A stretch of DNA of 64,000 nt from an uncultured Candidatus Saccharibacteria bacterium (GTDB taxonomy: Bacteria; Patescibacteriota; Minisyncoccia; Phycocordibacterales; UBA9973): assembly GCA_964423445.1 (NCBI GenBank), contig CAYREQ010000001.1:1732-65731 (forward strand). Reading direction: 5' to 3'. The translations under genes were made by a program, and so were the position numbers. The notes under the pieces are model-generated. The model did not search any database. It worked only from the letters and a program-made list of their open reading frames with translations, and had not been told where the DNA came from. This document shows positions 11,671-21,384 of this stretch, piece by piece (the first letter of the stretch is position 1; each line of letters starts with the position of its first letter).

Positions 11671-13071
11671 ATGGATGCATTTTTAGAAGGTGTTGAGGAG
11701 GGAGTAATAGAATACTGGCCTTGGCTTCTTGCTACAGTAGCTCTCTTTTTCCTTTGGTATTACGATATGCTGTATGGTTTAGTAAAAGGCATTCTTCCAC
11801 TGATAGGAACTTTTTTTCTCGGATGGGTAGCATATAAAATGTGGATTCACTACATAAGACAGGATTTCATTTCCGGTATTGATTTTGTTTTACTTGAAAT
11901 TATTCCTCCTCGTGAAGTATTACGTTCACCAAAAGCCATGGAGCTTTTTATCACAAATGCTCTTTATCACTGGAGTTACAAAGGAGGTAAAGAAGAGTAT
12001 TGGCAAGGAGCTGTCTGGTTCTGGTTTTCTTTGGAGATAGCATCCATAGATGGACAAGTACATTTTTATATTCGTACGCCTACCCGTATTAGAGGATTGA
12101 TTGAGACACAAATGTACGCTCAATATCCTCAATCACAAATAAGAGAAGTTCCAGACTATACTTTGGCAGTCGACAAGATAAGTCCTGAGAGTGCATGGAT
12201 GGGCTGGGGTTGTGAATTTGGTTTATTAAAACCAGAGGCTTATCCACTAAAAACTTATGTAGACTTCGGTCTAGATAAAGATCCAAAAGAAGAATATAAA
12301 GTAGATCCTATTTCTCCAATAGTAGAGCTTTTTGGTTCTATAAAAAAAGGTGAACAAATGTGGTTGCAGATTGTCATCACTCCAGTAAAGAAAATGTATC
12401 ATACAAAAGGTACTTGGTTTGGTACGCATGATTGGGTCACGGAATCTAGAAATGAATTATTTAATTTGCTCAAAGATTATACCAGTGTTAAACAACGTCC
12501 AGGTGATCCAGGCAACTCTCGAGTGGAAGTTCGTGTACCTGCATACTTAGACAGAGCCACAAAGGCTATGAGTGCTAAGACTTCAAAAATTGGTTTTGAG
12601 ACAGGCATCAGAGTGATGTATGTAGCTAAAAAAGAAGCTTGGGATATGAGTAGCCGGAGAAACATCCGTCTTATCTTCCGTCAGTATGATGCACCAGACG
12701 TAAATGGATTAGTGCGTATGAATTCCACACAGGCAGATGCATACAGTGGACTCTTTGGACTTTCACAAGAAAAAGTGATGCTATTAGCAGATAGAATGCT
12801 TCATGAATATCGTGAAAGGGGATTCTTTCATCTTCCTATGAGGCATCATTTATTTAACAAGCATGCACTTAGTTGGCCATTTGAAAGTATTATTGCTGGT
12901 TCAGTCTTAATCCAACCTTTCTTTTTGCCATATTTCCACCCACAAACTTTCGTTTTAAATACAGAAGAAATAGCCACTCTTTGGCATTTCCCTGGTCAGA
13001 TATTAAAAGTTCCTACACTCGAACGTATCGAGTCTACAGACGCTTCTCCTCCTACAAATTTACCAACTTAA
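11671..13071 (+). CDS. hypothetical membrane protein (two N-terminal TM helices plus a large soluble domain)
   Basis: 466-aa ORF with good coding character; no recognisable motif. Confidence 0.45.
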   Translation: MDAFLEGVEEGVIEYWPWLLATVALFFLWYYDMLYGLVKGILPLIGTFFLGWVAYKMWIHYIRQDFISGIDFVLLEIIPPREVLRSPKAMELFITNALYHWSYKGGKEEYWQGAVWFWFSLEIASIDGQVHFYIRTPTRIRGLIETQMYAQYPQSQIREVPDYTLAVDKISPESAWMGWGCEFGLLKPEAYPLKTYVDFGLDKDPKEEYKVDPISPIVELFGSIKKGEQMWLQIVITPVKKMYHTKGTWFGTHDWVTESRNELFNLLKDYTSVKQRPGDPGNSRVEVRVPAYLDRATKAMSAKTSKIGFETGIRVMYVAKKEAWDMSSRRNIRLIFRQYDAPDVNGLVRMNSTQADAYSGLFGLSQEKVMLLADRMLHEYRERGFFHLPMRHHLFNKHALSWPFESIIAGSVLIQPFFLPYFHPQTFVLNTEEIATLWHFPGQILKVPTLERIESTDASPPTNLPT

Positions 13072-13072
13072 T

Positions 13073-14005
13073 ATGATAGAAAATATACAAGATATTCCTT
13101 TAAAGGATGAAAAATATTCTTTTTTAAAGTCTAGGAAATTCAAGCTTCTTACCACTTCTTTTTCGGTGTTAGTTTTTTTTATTTTAATATATGTTTTTCT
13201 TTTTAGTGCACCATCAAATTTTATACCTGGCACTATATTGCAAGTAGAACCAGGCATGAGCCTGCATAGTATTTCATTAAAATTAAAAAATGAAAATATT
13301 ATACGCTCGAGGTCTATGTTTGAAATTTTTGCTATAGCTTTTGGTGGTGAAAAACGTATAAAATTTTCAGATTATTTATTTCAAGAAAAAATTCCTGTAT
13401 ACAAAGTGGCTCTTTTAATAGTAAAAGGGGAACGTTATATGGCACCAGTAGTGGTCACTATACCGGAAGGTCTGAATATAAATGAAATTGCAGATGTATA
13501 TAGTAAGAAATTAAAATATTTTAATGAAAATAACTTTTTATTAAAAGCCAAGGAAGGCTATCTTTTTCCTGACACTTACTATTTCTTGAGTACAGACACA
13601 GAGGTAAAGGCCATTGAATCTATGAGTAAAAATTATGAGAAAAAAATCTCACCTATTCGCCCAGACATTGTTTCTTCAGGAAAGACTGAAAATGAAATAA
13701 TTACTATGGCGTCAATTTTAGAAAAAGAAGCAAGTGGTGACGCTGATAGGGAGCTCATATCTGGAATTTTATGGAAGAGACTCAGTATAGGAATGGCTCT
13801 ACAAGTAGATGCTGAACCAAATACATACAAGACAAAAGGATTACCTAAAAATCCAATCGGCAACCCTGGATTGGAGGCTATAAATGCAGCATTAAACCCA
13901 AAAAAATCAGCATATTTATATTATCTACATGATAAAGATGGCATCACTCACTATGCCAAGACTTTTTCTGAACATAAAAAAAATATAGCTAAATTTTTAA
14001 AATAA
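13073..14005 (+). CDS. mltG: endolytic murein transglycosylase MltG (YceG family)
   Basis: N-terminal TM helix; conserved KGLPKNPIGNPGLEAINAALNP and LYYLHDKDGITHYAKTFSEH blocks. Confidence 0.75.
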   Translation: MIENIQDIPLKDEKYSFLKSRKFKLLTTSFSVLVFFILIYVFLFSAPSNFIPGTILQVEPGMSLHSISLKLKNENIIRSRSMFEIFAIAFGGEKRIKFSDYLFQEKIPVYKVALLIVKGERYMAPVVVTIPEGLNINEIADVYSKKLKYFNENNFLLKAKEGYLFPDTYYFLSTDTEVKAIESMSKNYEKKISPIRPDIVSSGKTENEIITMASILEKEASGDADRELISGILWKRLSIGMALQVDAEPNTYKTKGLPKNPIGNPGLEAINAALNPKKSAYLYYLHDKDGITHYAKTFSEHKKNIAKFLK

Positions 14006-14020
14006 GGTTAGATTAATTCT

Positions 14021-15190
14021 ATGAAGCAAAACAAGCAAACAGTATTTGTGGGACTTTCAGGTGGGGTGGACAGCGCTGTGTCTGCCACTTTGCTAAAAAA
14101 TAGTGGTTATGAGGTAGTGGGAGTTTTCATAAAGACTTGGCACCCAGACTTTATAGAATGCAATGAAGAAGATGAAAAGAGAGACGCTATGCGTGTAGCC
14201 GCGTATTTAGATATACCATTTTTGACCCTAGACCTAGAAGATGTATATAAAAAAGAAGTCGCAGACTATATGATAAGAGAGTATGAAGCTGGTAGAACTC
14301 CAAATCCAGATGTCATGTGCAATAAGGAAGTAAAGTTTGGAGCGTTCTTAAAAAAAGCACTTTCTATGGGGGCTGATTTTGTGGCGACAGGGCATTATGC
14401 ACAGCGGGTACAGAAAAATTCTTCCGCTTTACCCGCAAGTGGGCTCCGACACGGACAGAATTTTTCTGTACCCGCTGTGCTGGGGAAAGGCGTAGACCCA
14501 AGCAAAGACCAAAGTTATTTTCTTTGGACTTTAAATCAAAAACAATTATCTAAAATTTTATTTCCTATTGGGCATCTAAAGAAGACAGAAGTTAGAAAAT
14601 TGGCGAAAAAATTTAAATTACCTGTAGCAGAAAAACATGATAGTCAAGGTATTTGTTTTTTGGGTGCGATTGATTTAAAAGAATTTTTAAAGCATTACAT
14701 AAAATCAAAGAAGGGCAAAGTTCTAAATACGGAAGGGGAAGTGATAGGTCATCATGATGGAGCTGTATTTCATACGCTCGGAGAAAGACATGGTTTTGTA
14801 ATTACTAAAAAGAGTCCAAATGATGGAGCTTATTATGTGGTAGCTAAAGATATAAAGAAAAATATTTTGGTTGTGTCGCAGAAAAATGAGAAAGATACTT
14901 TTTCTCAGTCGCTCGGTCCCTCACTGCGTTCAGCCACTCCTTCTAAAAAGCACATTTCTCATTTTTCTGTAGATTTGGAAAATCCAAATTGGATTTCAGA
15001 AATTCCACAAGAAAATAAAAACTACACAGCGCAAGTTCGTTATCATGGAGAATTTTTACATTGTAAAATTAAAATCAAAACAAAAGACAGTGCAGAGATA
15101 ATTTTTGAAAAACCAGTTTTGGTAGCGAGCGGTCAATCTATAGTAGTCTATGATGATGACATTTGCCTAGGTGGTGGAGTAGTTGTATAA
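14021..15190 (+). CDS. mnmA: tRNA-specific 2-thiouridylase MnmA, carrying an in-frame insertion of a repeat element
   Basis: PP-loop VFVGLSGGVDSAVSA; TGHYA and KDQSYFLW motifs; the repeat at 14399-14480 lies between these two motifs. Confidence 0.9.
   Translation: MKQNKQTVFVGLSGGVDSAVSATLLKNSGYEVVGVFIKTWHPDFIECNEEDEKRDAMRVAAYLDIPFLTLDLEDVYKKEVADYMIREYEAGRTPNPDVMCNKEVKFGAFLKKALSMGADFVATGHYAQRVQKNSSALPASGLRHGQNFSVPAVLGKGVDPSKDQSYFLWTLNQKQLSKILFPIGHLKKTEVRKLAKKFKLPVAEKHDSQGICFLGAIDLKEFLKHYIKSKKGKVLNTEGEVIGHHDGAVFHTLGERHGFVITKKSPNDGAYYVVAKDIKKNILVVSQKNEKDTFSQSLGPSLRSATPSKKHISHFSVDLENPNWISEIPQENKNYTAQVRYHGEFLHCKIKIKTKDSAEIIFEKPVLVASGQSIVVYDDDICLGGGVVV
14399..14480 (+). repeat. copy A of a GC-rich core element inside a perfect 24-bp inverted repeat, in-frame within mnmA
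   Basis: gcacagcgggtacagaaaaattct [tccgctttacccgcaagtgggctccgacacggac] agaatttttctgtacccgctgtgc; the core is related to the copies at 40724-40759 and 42300-42335. Confidence 0.8.
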
Positions 15191-15674
15191 TTGGCCTATG
15201 TCTCAATTTTTTATACAAAACGGTGATGTTATTTTAAGATTAGTAGTAGCTGCAGGCTTGGGCCTATTTATAGGTCTAGAGAGAGCTATTGTTCACAAAG
15301 AAGCTGGCATGAAGACTCATGCCTTGGTATCTATTGGTGCAGCTTTGTTTATAATAATTTCTGAAATGATAGCAATAAAACACGGCACTTTTGGCGGATT
15401 TGATCCTACTAGAATGGCTTCACAAATTATCGTAGGTATCGGTTTCTTGGGAGCTGGTTCTATAATTTTACAAGGAAATAGATTGATGGGTCTCACTACA
15501 GCAGGAGGATTATGGGTCACAGCTGGGGTAGGTATGGCTTCTGGTTTTGGATTCTTCAGCCTAGCTTTTATAGTCACTGGTATTATATTTATAGTGCTTA
15601 CCGCCGTAAATATAGTAGAAAAACCTATCAGAAAAATGGCTGGGGAGAAAATAGACGATAAATTCCAGAGCTAA
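15183..15674 (+). CDS. MgtC/SapB family membrane protein
   Basis: LERAIVHKEAGMKTHALVSIGAALF...GIGFLGAGSII...GLTTAGGLWVTAGVGMASG motifs. The start may be the ATG at 15198. Confidence 0.65.
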   Translation: MYNWPMSQFFIQNGDVILRLVVAAGLGLFIGLERAIVHKEAGMKTHALVSIGAALFIIISEMIAIKHGTFGGFDPTRMASQIIVGIGFLGAGSIILQGNRLMGLTTAGGLWVTAGVGMASGFGFFSLAFIVTGIIFIVLTAVNIVEKPIRKMAGEKIDDKFQS

Positions 15675-15681
15675 TAAAAAA

Positions 15682-17433
15682 ATGGATTCAAATGAGATTA
15701 GGTCAAGATTTTTAAAATTTTTTGAAAAGAGGGAACATAAAATAATTCCTTCAGCTTCACTAGTCCCTGAAAACGATCCATCAGTTTTATTTAATACTGC
15801 CGGCATGCAACCATTGGTGCCGTATCTCTTGGGACAACCTCACCCTATGGGTAAGAGAATTGTCGATATACAAAAATGTGTACGCACTGGAGACCTTGAC
15901 GACATAGGTGATAAACGCCACTTTTCTTTTTTTGAAATGATGGGCAACTGGTCTCTCGGAGATTATTTCAAAGAAGACGCTATCAAATGGAGCTATGAAT
16001 TTCTAACTTCAAAAGAAGAAGGATTAGGCTTAGATATAAATCGACTTTATTTTACAATATTTAAAGGAGATGAAAATGCTCCTTTTGATGAAGAATCAAA
16101 AAAGATTTGGATGAGTTTGGGTATTCCTGAACATAGAATTTATGCACTAGGAGCTGAAGACAATTGGTGGAGTCCAGGAGACAATGGCCCATGTGGTCCA
16201 TGTAGTGAAATGTTTTACGATATGTCTGGTGATGTCGGAGATTTGCCACATGAAGATTTTTTGAAAGCTATAAATGATGAGAGAGTTATAGAAATTTGGA
16301 ACGATGTTTTCATGGAATATGAAAAGAAAGACGGTAAAGTAATAGGTAAATTAAAACAAAAAAATGTAGACACAGGCGCAGGCCTAGAGCGCATTACGGC
16401 AGTAATGCAAGGTAAACAAACAGCATACGATACTGATTTACTTCAAGGTGCGTTAGACATAGTCAAAGAATCCTCTTTGAAATTTGATGAAAAGTCTACT
16501 AGGGTCATTGTGGACCATGTGAGGACAGCCACTTTTTTAATTTCTGATAGTGTTATACCAGCAAATAAAAATCAAGGCTATGTCTTGAGAAGATTAATTA
16601 GAAGGGCAGTATTTAAAATGCGTAATTTAGAATCACATAAAGTTTTAAGTACTAATCTAATTAAATTTTTTGTCGATAAATATTCACCAACTTATCCAAA
16701 TTTAAGAGATTTAGATATTAAATCTATATTTCAAAAAGAAGAAGAAAGATTCTTGAATACTTTAAATGAAGGGGCGAAAGAATTTGAGAAAGGTACTGAC
16801 CCATTTGTCTTGGCCACAACTTATGGTTTTCCGATAGAGCTTACCGAAGAATTGGCAAAAGAAAAAGGACAGACTATAGATAAAGAAGATTTCAAAAAAA
16901 AGATGGCAGAGCACCAAAAGCTTTCTCAGACTTCTTCAGCAGGGATGTTTAAAGGAGGTCTCGCAAATCATAATGAAAAAACTATTCGTCTTCACACAGC
17001 TCACCACTTATTATTAGCTGCACTTCAACAAGTCGTAGATAAAAATATAAAACAAAGAGGTAGTAATATCACGGAAGAACGTTTGCGTATAGATTTTCTA
17101 TGCGACCACAAGCTGACCGACGAAGAAAAACAAAAAGTGGAAGATTTAGTAAATGAAAAAATAAAAGAAGGGCTTGTTGTCACTCGTCATGAAATGGCAA
17201 AAACTGAAGCAGAAAAACTCGGTGCAGAGATGGAGTTTGGTGTCAAATACGCTGACACAGTCTCAGTGTATTCAATAGGTAAAACCTCTGAGATAAATAA
17301 TGACACATTTAGTCTAGAATTTTGTGGTGGTCCACATGTAAAAAACACAAACGAACTCTCAATTTTTAAAATTCAAAAAGAAGAATCTGTGGCACAGGGG
17401 ATTAGACGCATAAAAGCTGTTCTTGTTTCTTAA
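15682..17433 (+). CDS. alaS: alanine--tRNA ligase, short form (catalytic plus editing domain, no C-Ala domain)
   Basis: FNTAGMQP, WNDVFMEY and GAGLERI class-II core motifs; editing-domain HTAHHLL and CGGPHV; only 583 aa. Confidence 0.85.
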   Translation: MDSNEIRSRFLKFFEKREHKIIPSASLVPENDPSVLFNTAGMQPLVPYLLGQPHPMGKRIVDIQKCVRTGDLDDIGDKRHFSFFEMMGNWSLGDYFKEDAIKWSYEFLTSKEEGLGLDINRLYFTIFKGDENAPFDEESKKIWMSLGIPEHRIYALGAEDNWWSPGDNGPCGPCSEMFYDMSGDVGDLPHEDFLKAINDERVIEIWNDVFMEYEKKDGKVIGKLKQKNVDTGAGLERITAVMQGKQTAYDTDLLQGALDIVKESSLKFDEKSTRVIVDHVRTATFLISDSVIPANKNQGYVLRRLIRRAVFKMRNLESHKVLSTNLIKFFVDKYSPTYPNLRDLDIKSIFQKEEERFLNTLNEGAKEFEKGTDPFVLATTYGFPIELTEELAKEKGQTIDKEDFKKKMAEHQKLSQTSSAGMFKGGLANHNEKTIRLHTAHHLLLAALQQVVDKNIKQRGSNITEERLRIDFLCDHKLTDEEKQKVEDLVNEKIKEGLVVTRHEMAKTEAEKLGAEMEFGVKYADTVSVYSIGKTSEINNDTFSLEFCGGPHVKNTNELSIFKIQKEESVAQGIRRIKAVLVS

Positions 17434-17452
17434 GTAGTGATATAATTTCACT

Positions 17453-18697
17453 ATGAATATCTTGGGTATTTTTTCTAAAGTAAAAAAGAAAGATGAGCTA
17501 GTATTAGTTTTTGATATTGGTTCTTCGTCTGTAAAAGCAGCACTTTTTTATATACGAGAATCTGGTGTACCAAAGATTATTACTTCTATCCGTGAACCGA
17601 TAATACTCGAAGATAAGGTAGACCCAGATAGATTTTTACTTTTGACAATTCAAGCACTAGAGACTGTAACTAATAAAATTTACACCAAAGGCCTAGGTGC
17701 TCCATCAAGGATTTTCTGTATATTTTCTTCACCGTGGCATATTTCTCAGACTAGAGTTATCAGCTATAAACAAGACACACCTTTTGTATTTACTTCAAAA
17801 TTGTCCGAAGAGTTGATACAAAAAGATATAGCCGTCCTCAAAGAAAATTATTTAAAAAAGTATTCAGATGCTGATCACGCTCTCCGTTTGATTGAATTAA
17901 AAAATATTAAAATAGTTTTAAATGGTTATGAGACTATAAAACCACTCGGTAAAAAAGCCAAAGAAGTCGAGATGACTATCTTTGTATCAATGAGTGAAGA
18001 AAAAGTATGTAAAAAAATAGAAGAAACCATAGCCAAACATTTTACTTCTAGCGCTATTAGTAGTGAAATAAAATTCTCTCCATTTACATTGGCAGCCTTC
18101 ACTATAATTCGTGATTTATTTGTAGATCAAAATAATTTCCTTTTGATAAATATCGGGGGAGAAATCACGGACATTTCAATGATAAAAAATGATATTTTAC
18201 GAGAGTCCACTTCTTTCCCACTCGGCATAAACTTTATGATACGTGAGGTCGCCTCTACTATGAAATGCTCTCTCGCCGAAGCCAAGTCCCTCATTTCTCT
18301 CTTCAAGGATGGGCACGCCGCACCAAATACATTAAATACATTAGAGCCAGCTATAGCCAAGCTAAAGATAGAATGGCTAAAGAAATTCCAAGAATCCCTA
18401 GCAAATTTGTCCAATGATATTTCCATACCAGCCTTTGTGTACACAACTGTAGACAAAGACTTGGCAGAATTTTTTGCTGAAATAATAAAGACTGAGCAAT
18501 TCAACCAATACACTCTCACAGAATCAAAATTCCAAATTGTATTTTTAAATATTGAAAATTTACATGGTATAGCAGAATTTGGGGAAGACTCCATGTTTAA
18601 TGCTTTCCTCACTATTGATGGAGCTTATATAAACCGCTTTTTAGCAAAAGTTCCCGAGCGTAACTTTGAAAAATTCTTACTACAAGATAAAATATAA
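17453..18697 (+). CDS. actin-like ATPase of the FtsA/PilM/MreB superfamily (not the divisome ftsA, which is at 62233)
   Basis: N-terminal VLVFDIGSSSVKAAL phosphate-1-like motif and a later GGEITDISMIKN block. Confidence 0.45.
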   Translation: MNILGIFSKVKKKDELVLVFDIGSSSVKAALFYIRESGVPKIITSIREPIILEDKVDPDRFLLLTIQALETVTNKIYTKGLGAPSRIFCIFSSPWHISQTRVISYKQDTPFVFTSKLSEELIQKDIAVLKENYLKKYSDADHALRLIELKNIKIVLNGYETIKPLGKKAKEVEMTIFVSMSEEKVCKKIEETIAKHFTSSAISSEIKFSPFTLAAFTIIRDLFVDQNNFLLINIGGEITDISMIKNDILRESTSFPLGINFMIREVASTMKCSLAEAKSLISLFKDGHAAPNTLNTLEPAIAKLKIEWLKKFQESLANLSNDISIPAFVYTTVDKDLAEFFAEIIKTEQFNQYTLTESKFQIVFLNIENLHGIAEFGEDSMFNAFLTIDGAYINRFLAKVPERNFEKFLLQDKI

Positions 18698-18699
18698 TT

Positions 18700-20037
18700 A
18701 TGCCTAAAAATTTATTTCAAGACATGGTAAAGGTAAAAAATTCTTCTCCTAAAACTCTCCAAAAAGAGATGGTGAGACCCACTACCGTAAGACAATCTCC
18801 GAGAATGGAAGAAGTAAAAAAATACCCTAGTGTAAAAAAAATTCCTAGGCAAGAATTTTCTCAAAGAGAAATTCCTGAGTACAGAGAATTTAAAGAAAAT
18901 AAAAATACAAAATCTCGCCACGGGCTTTGGTTGGTAGCTTTTATTTCAATAATATTTTTTATCTTTGCTTTGTCTTTTCTTTTTGCTAGGGCTACAGTAA
19001 CAGTAAATCCAAAGGTAAATGATTTTGCCCTAGATAAAAATTGGTCTGCTATAAAAGATATAAATTCAAATGGTCTATCTTTTGATTTAGTCATCATCTC
19101 TGGTGAGGAAGTCAAAAAAGTTTCTGGTGGAGAAGAAAAAGAAGTATCTTTAAATTCCAAAGGTAAAGTTTTTATTTACAATACATTTAGTGCTTTACCT
19201 CAAAAACTTGCAAATAATACAAAGCTCGAAGGTTCAAATGGTAAATTTTACAAGACCAGTAGTGAAGTCACAGTTCCAGGCATGAATATAGATGGCACTG
19301 CTGGGAAAATAGAAGTGGGTATCTTAGGCATGGAAGCAGGGCAAGAGTACAACAGTGAACCCCTTGATTTTACTTTATCTGGGTTTAAGGGAACTCCAAA
19401 ATATTCAAAGTTTTATGGCAGGAGCAACGGAGCAATAACTGGTGGATTTAAGGGGAAAACACTAGTCATAGCTGAAGAAGAGCAACAAAAGGTATTCAAT
19501 GAGCTAAAAGTAGCCTTGAAAGACAAGCTTTTACAAAAAGCTATTGACCAAATTCCAAATGGCTTTATCCTATTTAAAGATGCAGCTTTCTTAAATATAG
19601 ACGAAGAAGGTGTCGAATTTACCTCAGAAGACGGTAATACTCCAGTAAAAGTAAAAGGCACACTTTATGGTTTTTTGTTTAGTGAAAAAGAGTTGACTAC
19701 AAAAATTGCCAAAGACAGTATAGCCAATTATGACGATAGCGAAGTATATATACCAAATATCAAAGACTTAGTTTTTACTATGATTGATAAAGACATATCA
19801 TTTAGTGATGTCCAAAATATAAATTTCAATTTGTCTGGTAATGCCAAGGTCGTCTGGAAGTTTGATGACGCTAGTTTTGCTGGTTCGCTTTTAGGTAAAT
19901 CAAAAAATGATTTCAATCAAATATTATCAGAATATCCTCACGTGGATTCTGCCGAGCTAGAGCTCAGTCCATTTTGGGTCAGATCAATACCAAGTAAATT
20001 AAAAGACATAAAGGTAATAGTAAATTATCCAAAATAA
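18700..20037 (+). CDS. hypothetical bitopic membrane protein (about 85-aa basic cytoplasmic N-terminus, one TM, large extracytoplasmic domain)
   Basis: TM segment HGLWLVAFISIIFFIFALSFLFA; begins 3 nt after the actin-like ORF, so likely co-transcribed. Confidence 0.4.
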   Translation: MPKNLFQDMVKVKNSSPKTLQKEMVRPTTVRQSPRMEEVKKYPSVKKIPRQEFSQREIPEYREFKENKNTKSRHGLWLVAFISIIFFIFALSFLFARATVTVNPKVNDFALDKNWSAIKDINSNGLSFDLVIISGEEVKKVSGGEEKEVSLNSKGKVFIYNTFSALPQKLANNTKLEGSNGKFYKTSSEVTVPGMNIDGTAGKIEVGILGMEAGQEYNSEPLDFTLSGFKGTPKYSKFYGRSNGAITGGFKGKTLVIAEEEQQKVFNELKVALKDKLLQKAIDQIPNGFILFKDAAFLNIDEEGVEFTSEDGNTPVKVKGTLYGFLFSEKELTTKIAKDSIANYDDSEVYIPNIKDLVFTMIDKDISFSDVQNINFNLSGNAKVVWKFDDASFAGSLLGKSKNDFNQILSEYPHVDSAELELSPFWVRSIPSKLKDIKVIVNYPK

Positions 20038-20101
20038 ATCAATATTATATATACAAAACACATTGACCAATGGTCATAATTCTGTTAGTATAAAAATACA
20101 A

Positions 20102-20332
20102 ATGAGTCAAATTAAAAACGAAAAACCTTTGACGACAAAAGGCACTGTAACAGAAGCATTACCATCTACTTTGTTTCGAGTAAACATCAAAGAGAACGAA
20201 ATAGATAAAGAAATTTTGGCATATCTATCTGGGAAAATGCGAATGCACAGAATCAAGGTTTTAGTCGGTGATTCTGTCGAAGTTGTCCTCGATTCTTATG
20301 GTGGAAAAGGGAGGATTGTAAAAAGGTTGTAA
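20102..20332 (+). CDS. infA: translation initiation factor IF-1
   Basis: KGTVTEALPSTLFRV...GKMRMHRIKVLVGDSVEVVLDSYGGKGRIVKRL. The ATG at 20102 gives the canonical length of about 76 aa, whereas the track ORF starts at 20063. Confidence 0.85.
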   Translation: MSQIKNEKPLTTKGTVTEALPSTLFRVNIKENEIDKEILAYLSGKMRMHRIKVLVGDSVEVVLDSYGGKGRIVKRL

Positions 20333-20435
20333 TTTTTTTAATAATAGTGTATTATACTAAGTACGGTTCTTAAGTTTTAATAGTATTTAGAAATAAGGGT
20401 TTTTTCCCTTTTTTTGTCTAATTTTCTGTGTATTT

Positions 20436-20546
20436 ATGAAAATCAAATCAGCAGTAAAAAAAATTTGTCATAATTGTAAAATGGTTAAAAGAGCCAGGCA
20501 TTTAAGAATTATCTGCTCAAATCCTAAGCATAAACAAAAACAATAA
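20436..20546 (+). CDS. rpmJ: 50S ribosomal protein L36
   Basis: My own translation gives [36 protein letters not shown] (36 aa, with the CxxC...C...H zinc ribbon). Too short for the ORF track; canonical position between infA and rpsM. Confidence 0.85.
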   Translation: MKIKSAVKKICHNCKMVKRARHLRIICSNPKHKQKQ

Positions 20547-20551
20547 TTAAT

Positions 20552-20932
20552 ATGAGAATCCTTGGAATAACAATACCAGACGAAAAAAGATTAGAATTTG
20601 GCTTGACTGTACTATACGGTATAGGTCTTTCTACTTCTAGAAAAATTTTAGCTCAAGTAAATATTGATGCTGGACGTCACGCTAAAGATTTAAACGATGA
20701 CGAAGAAAATAAAATCCGTGCTGTCATAGAAAGTATGACAATAGAAGGAAACTTGAAAAGAGAAATTTCAGCAAACATAAAAAGATTAAAAGACGTGAAG
20801 AGTTACAGAGGTACTCGCCACATGAAGAGATTGCCAGTCAGAGGTCAACGTACAAAAACAAATTCAAGAACTGTCAGAGGTAACGTACGTAGAACAATGG
20901 CATCAGGTAAGAGAAAAGAAAGTAAGACATAA
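20552..20932 (+). CDS. rpsM: 30S ribosomal protein S13
   Basis: MRILGITIPDEKRLEFGLTVLYGIG... with an RK-rich C-terminus. Confidence 0.9.
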   Translation: MRILGITIPDEKRLEFGLTVLYGIGLSTSRKILAQVNIDAGRHAKDLNDDEENKIRAVIESMTIEGNLKREISANIKRLKDVKSYRGTRHMKRLPVRGQRTKTNSRTVRGNVRRTMASGKRKESKT

Positions 20933-20935
20933 TTT

Positions 20936-21361
20936 ATGGTAAAAACAACAGATAAAAAAGAAATAAACGAAGAGGTAAAGGAAGAAAAAGTTATCTCAAA
21001 ATCTAGCAAGAAAAAATTGTCTGCTGGAGTTTTACACATTGAGGCGACTTTCAACAATACCAAAGTACTTTTTTCAGATAAAGGAGGCAATACATTATTT
21101 TGGTCAAGTGCAGGATCTCTTGGTTTTCGTGGTGCAAAAAAAGGTACACCTTTCGTAGCTTCAAAGATAGGAGATTTAATCGGAGGAAAGGCAGCACAAA
21201 TCGGAGTCAAAGAAGCAGATGTAGTAGTCTTAGGAGTTGGATCTGGTCGCGAATCAGCAATCAGAGCATTTATGGCACACGGTATTCAAATCACTTCTAT
21301 AGTAGATGCGACACCTGTACCACATAATGGTCCAAAAGCTAAGAAGCCAAGAAGAGTATAG
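20936..21361 (+). CDS. rpsK: 30S ribosomal protein S11
   Basis: GVLHIEATFNNTKVLFSDKGGNTLFWSSAGSLGFRGAKKGTPFVA. Confidence 0.9.
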   Translation: MVKTTDKKEINEEVKEEKVISKSSKKKLSAGVLHIEATFNNTKVLFSDKGGNTLFWSSAGSLGFRGAKKGTPFVASKIGDLIGGKAAQIGVKEADVVVLGVGSGRESAIRAFMAHGIQITSIVDATPVPHNGPKAKKPRRV

Positions 21362-21384
21362 TTAAAAAATAATTTAAAAAAGTT

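Noticed and set aside
20845-21327. ORFs 20845-21210 (minus) and 21100-21327 (plus, alternate frame) within rpsK
   Set aside because: They overlap the well-supported S11 reading frame and are frame artefacts.
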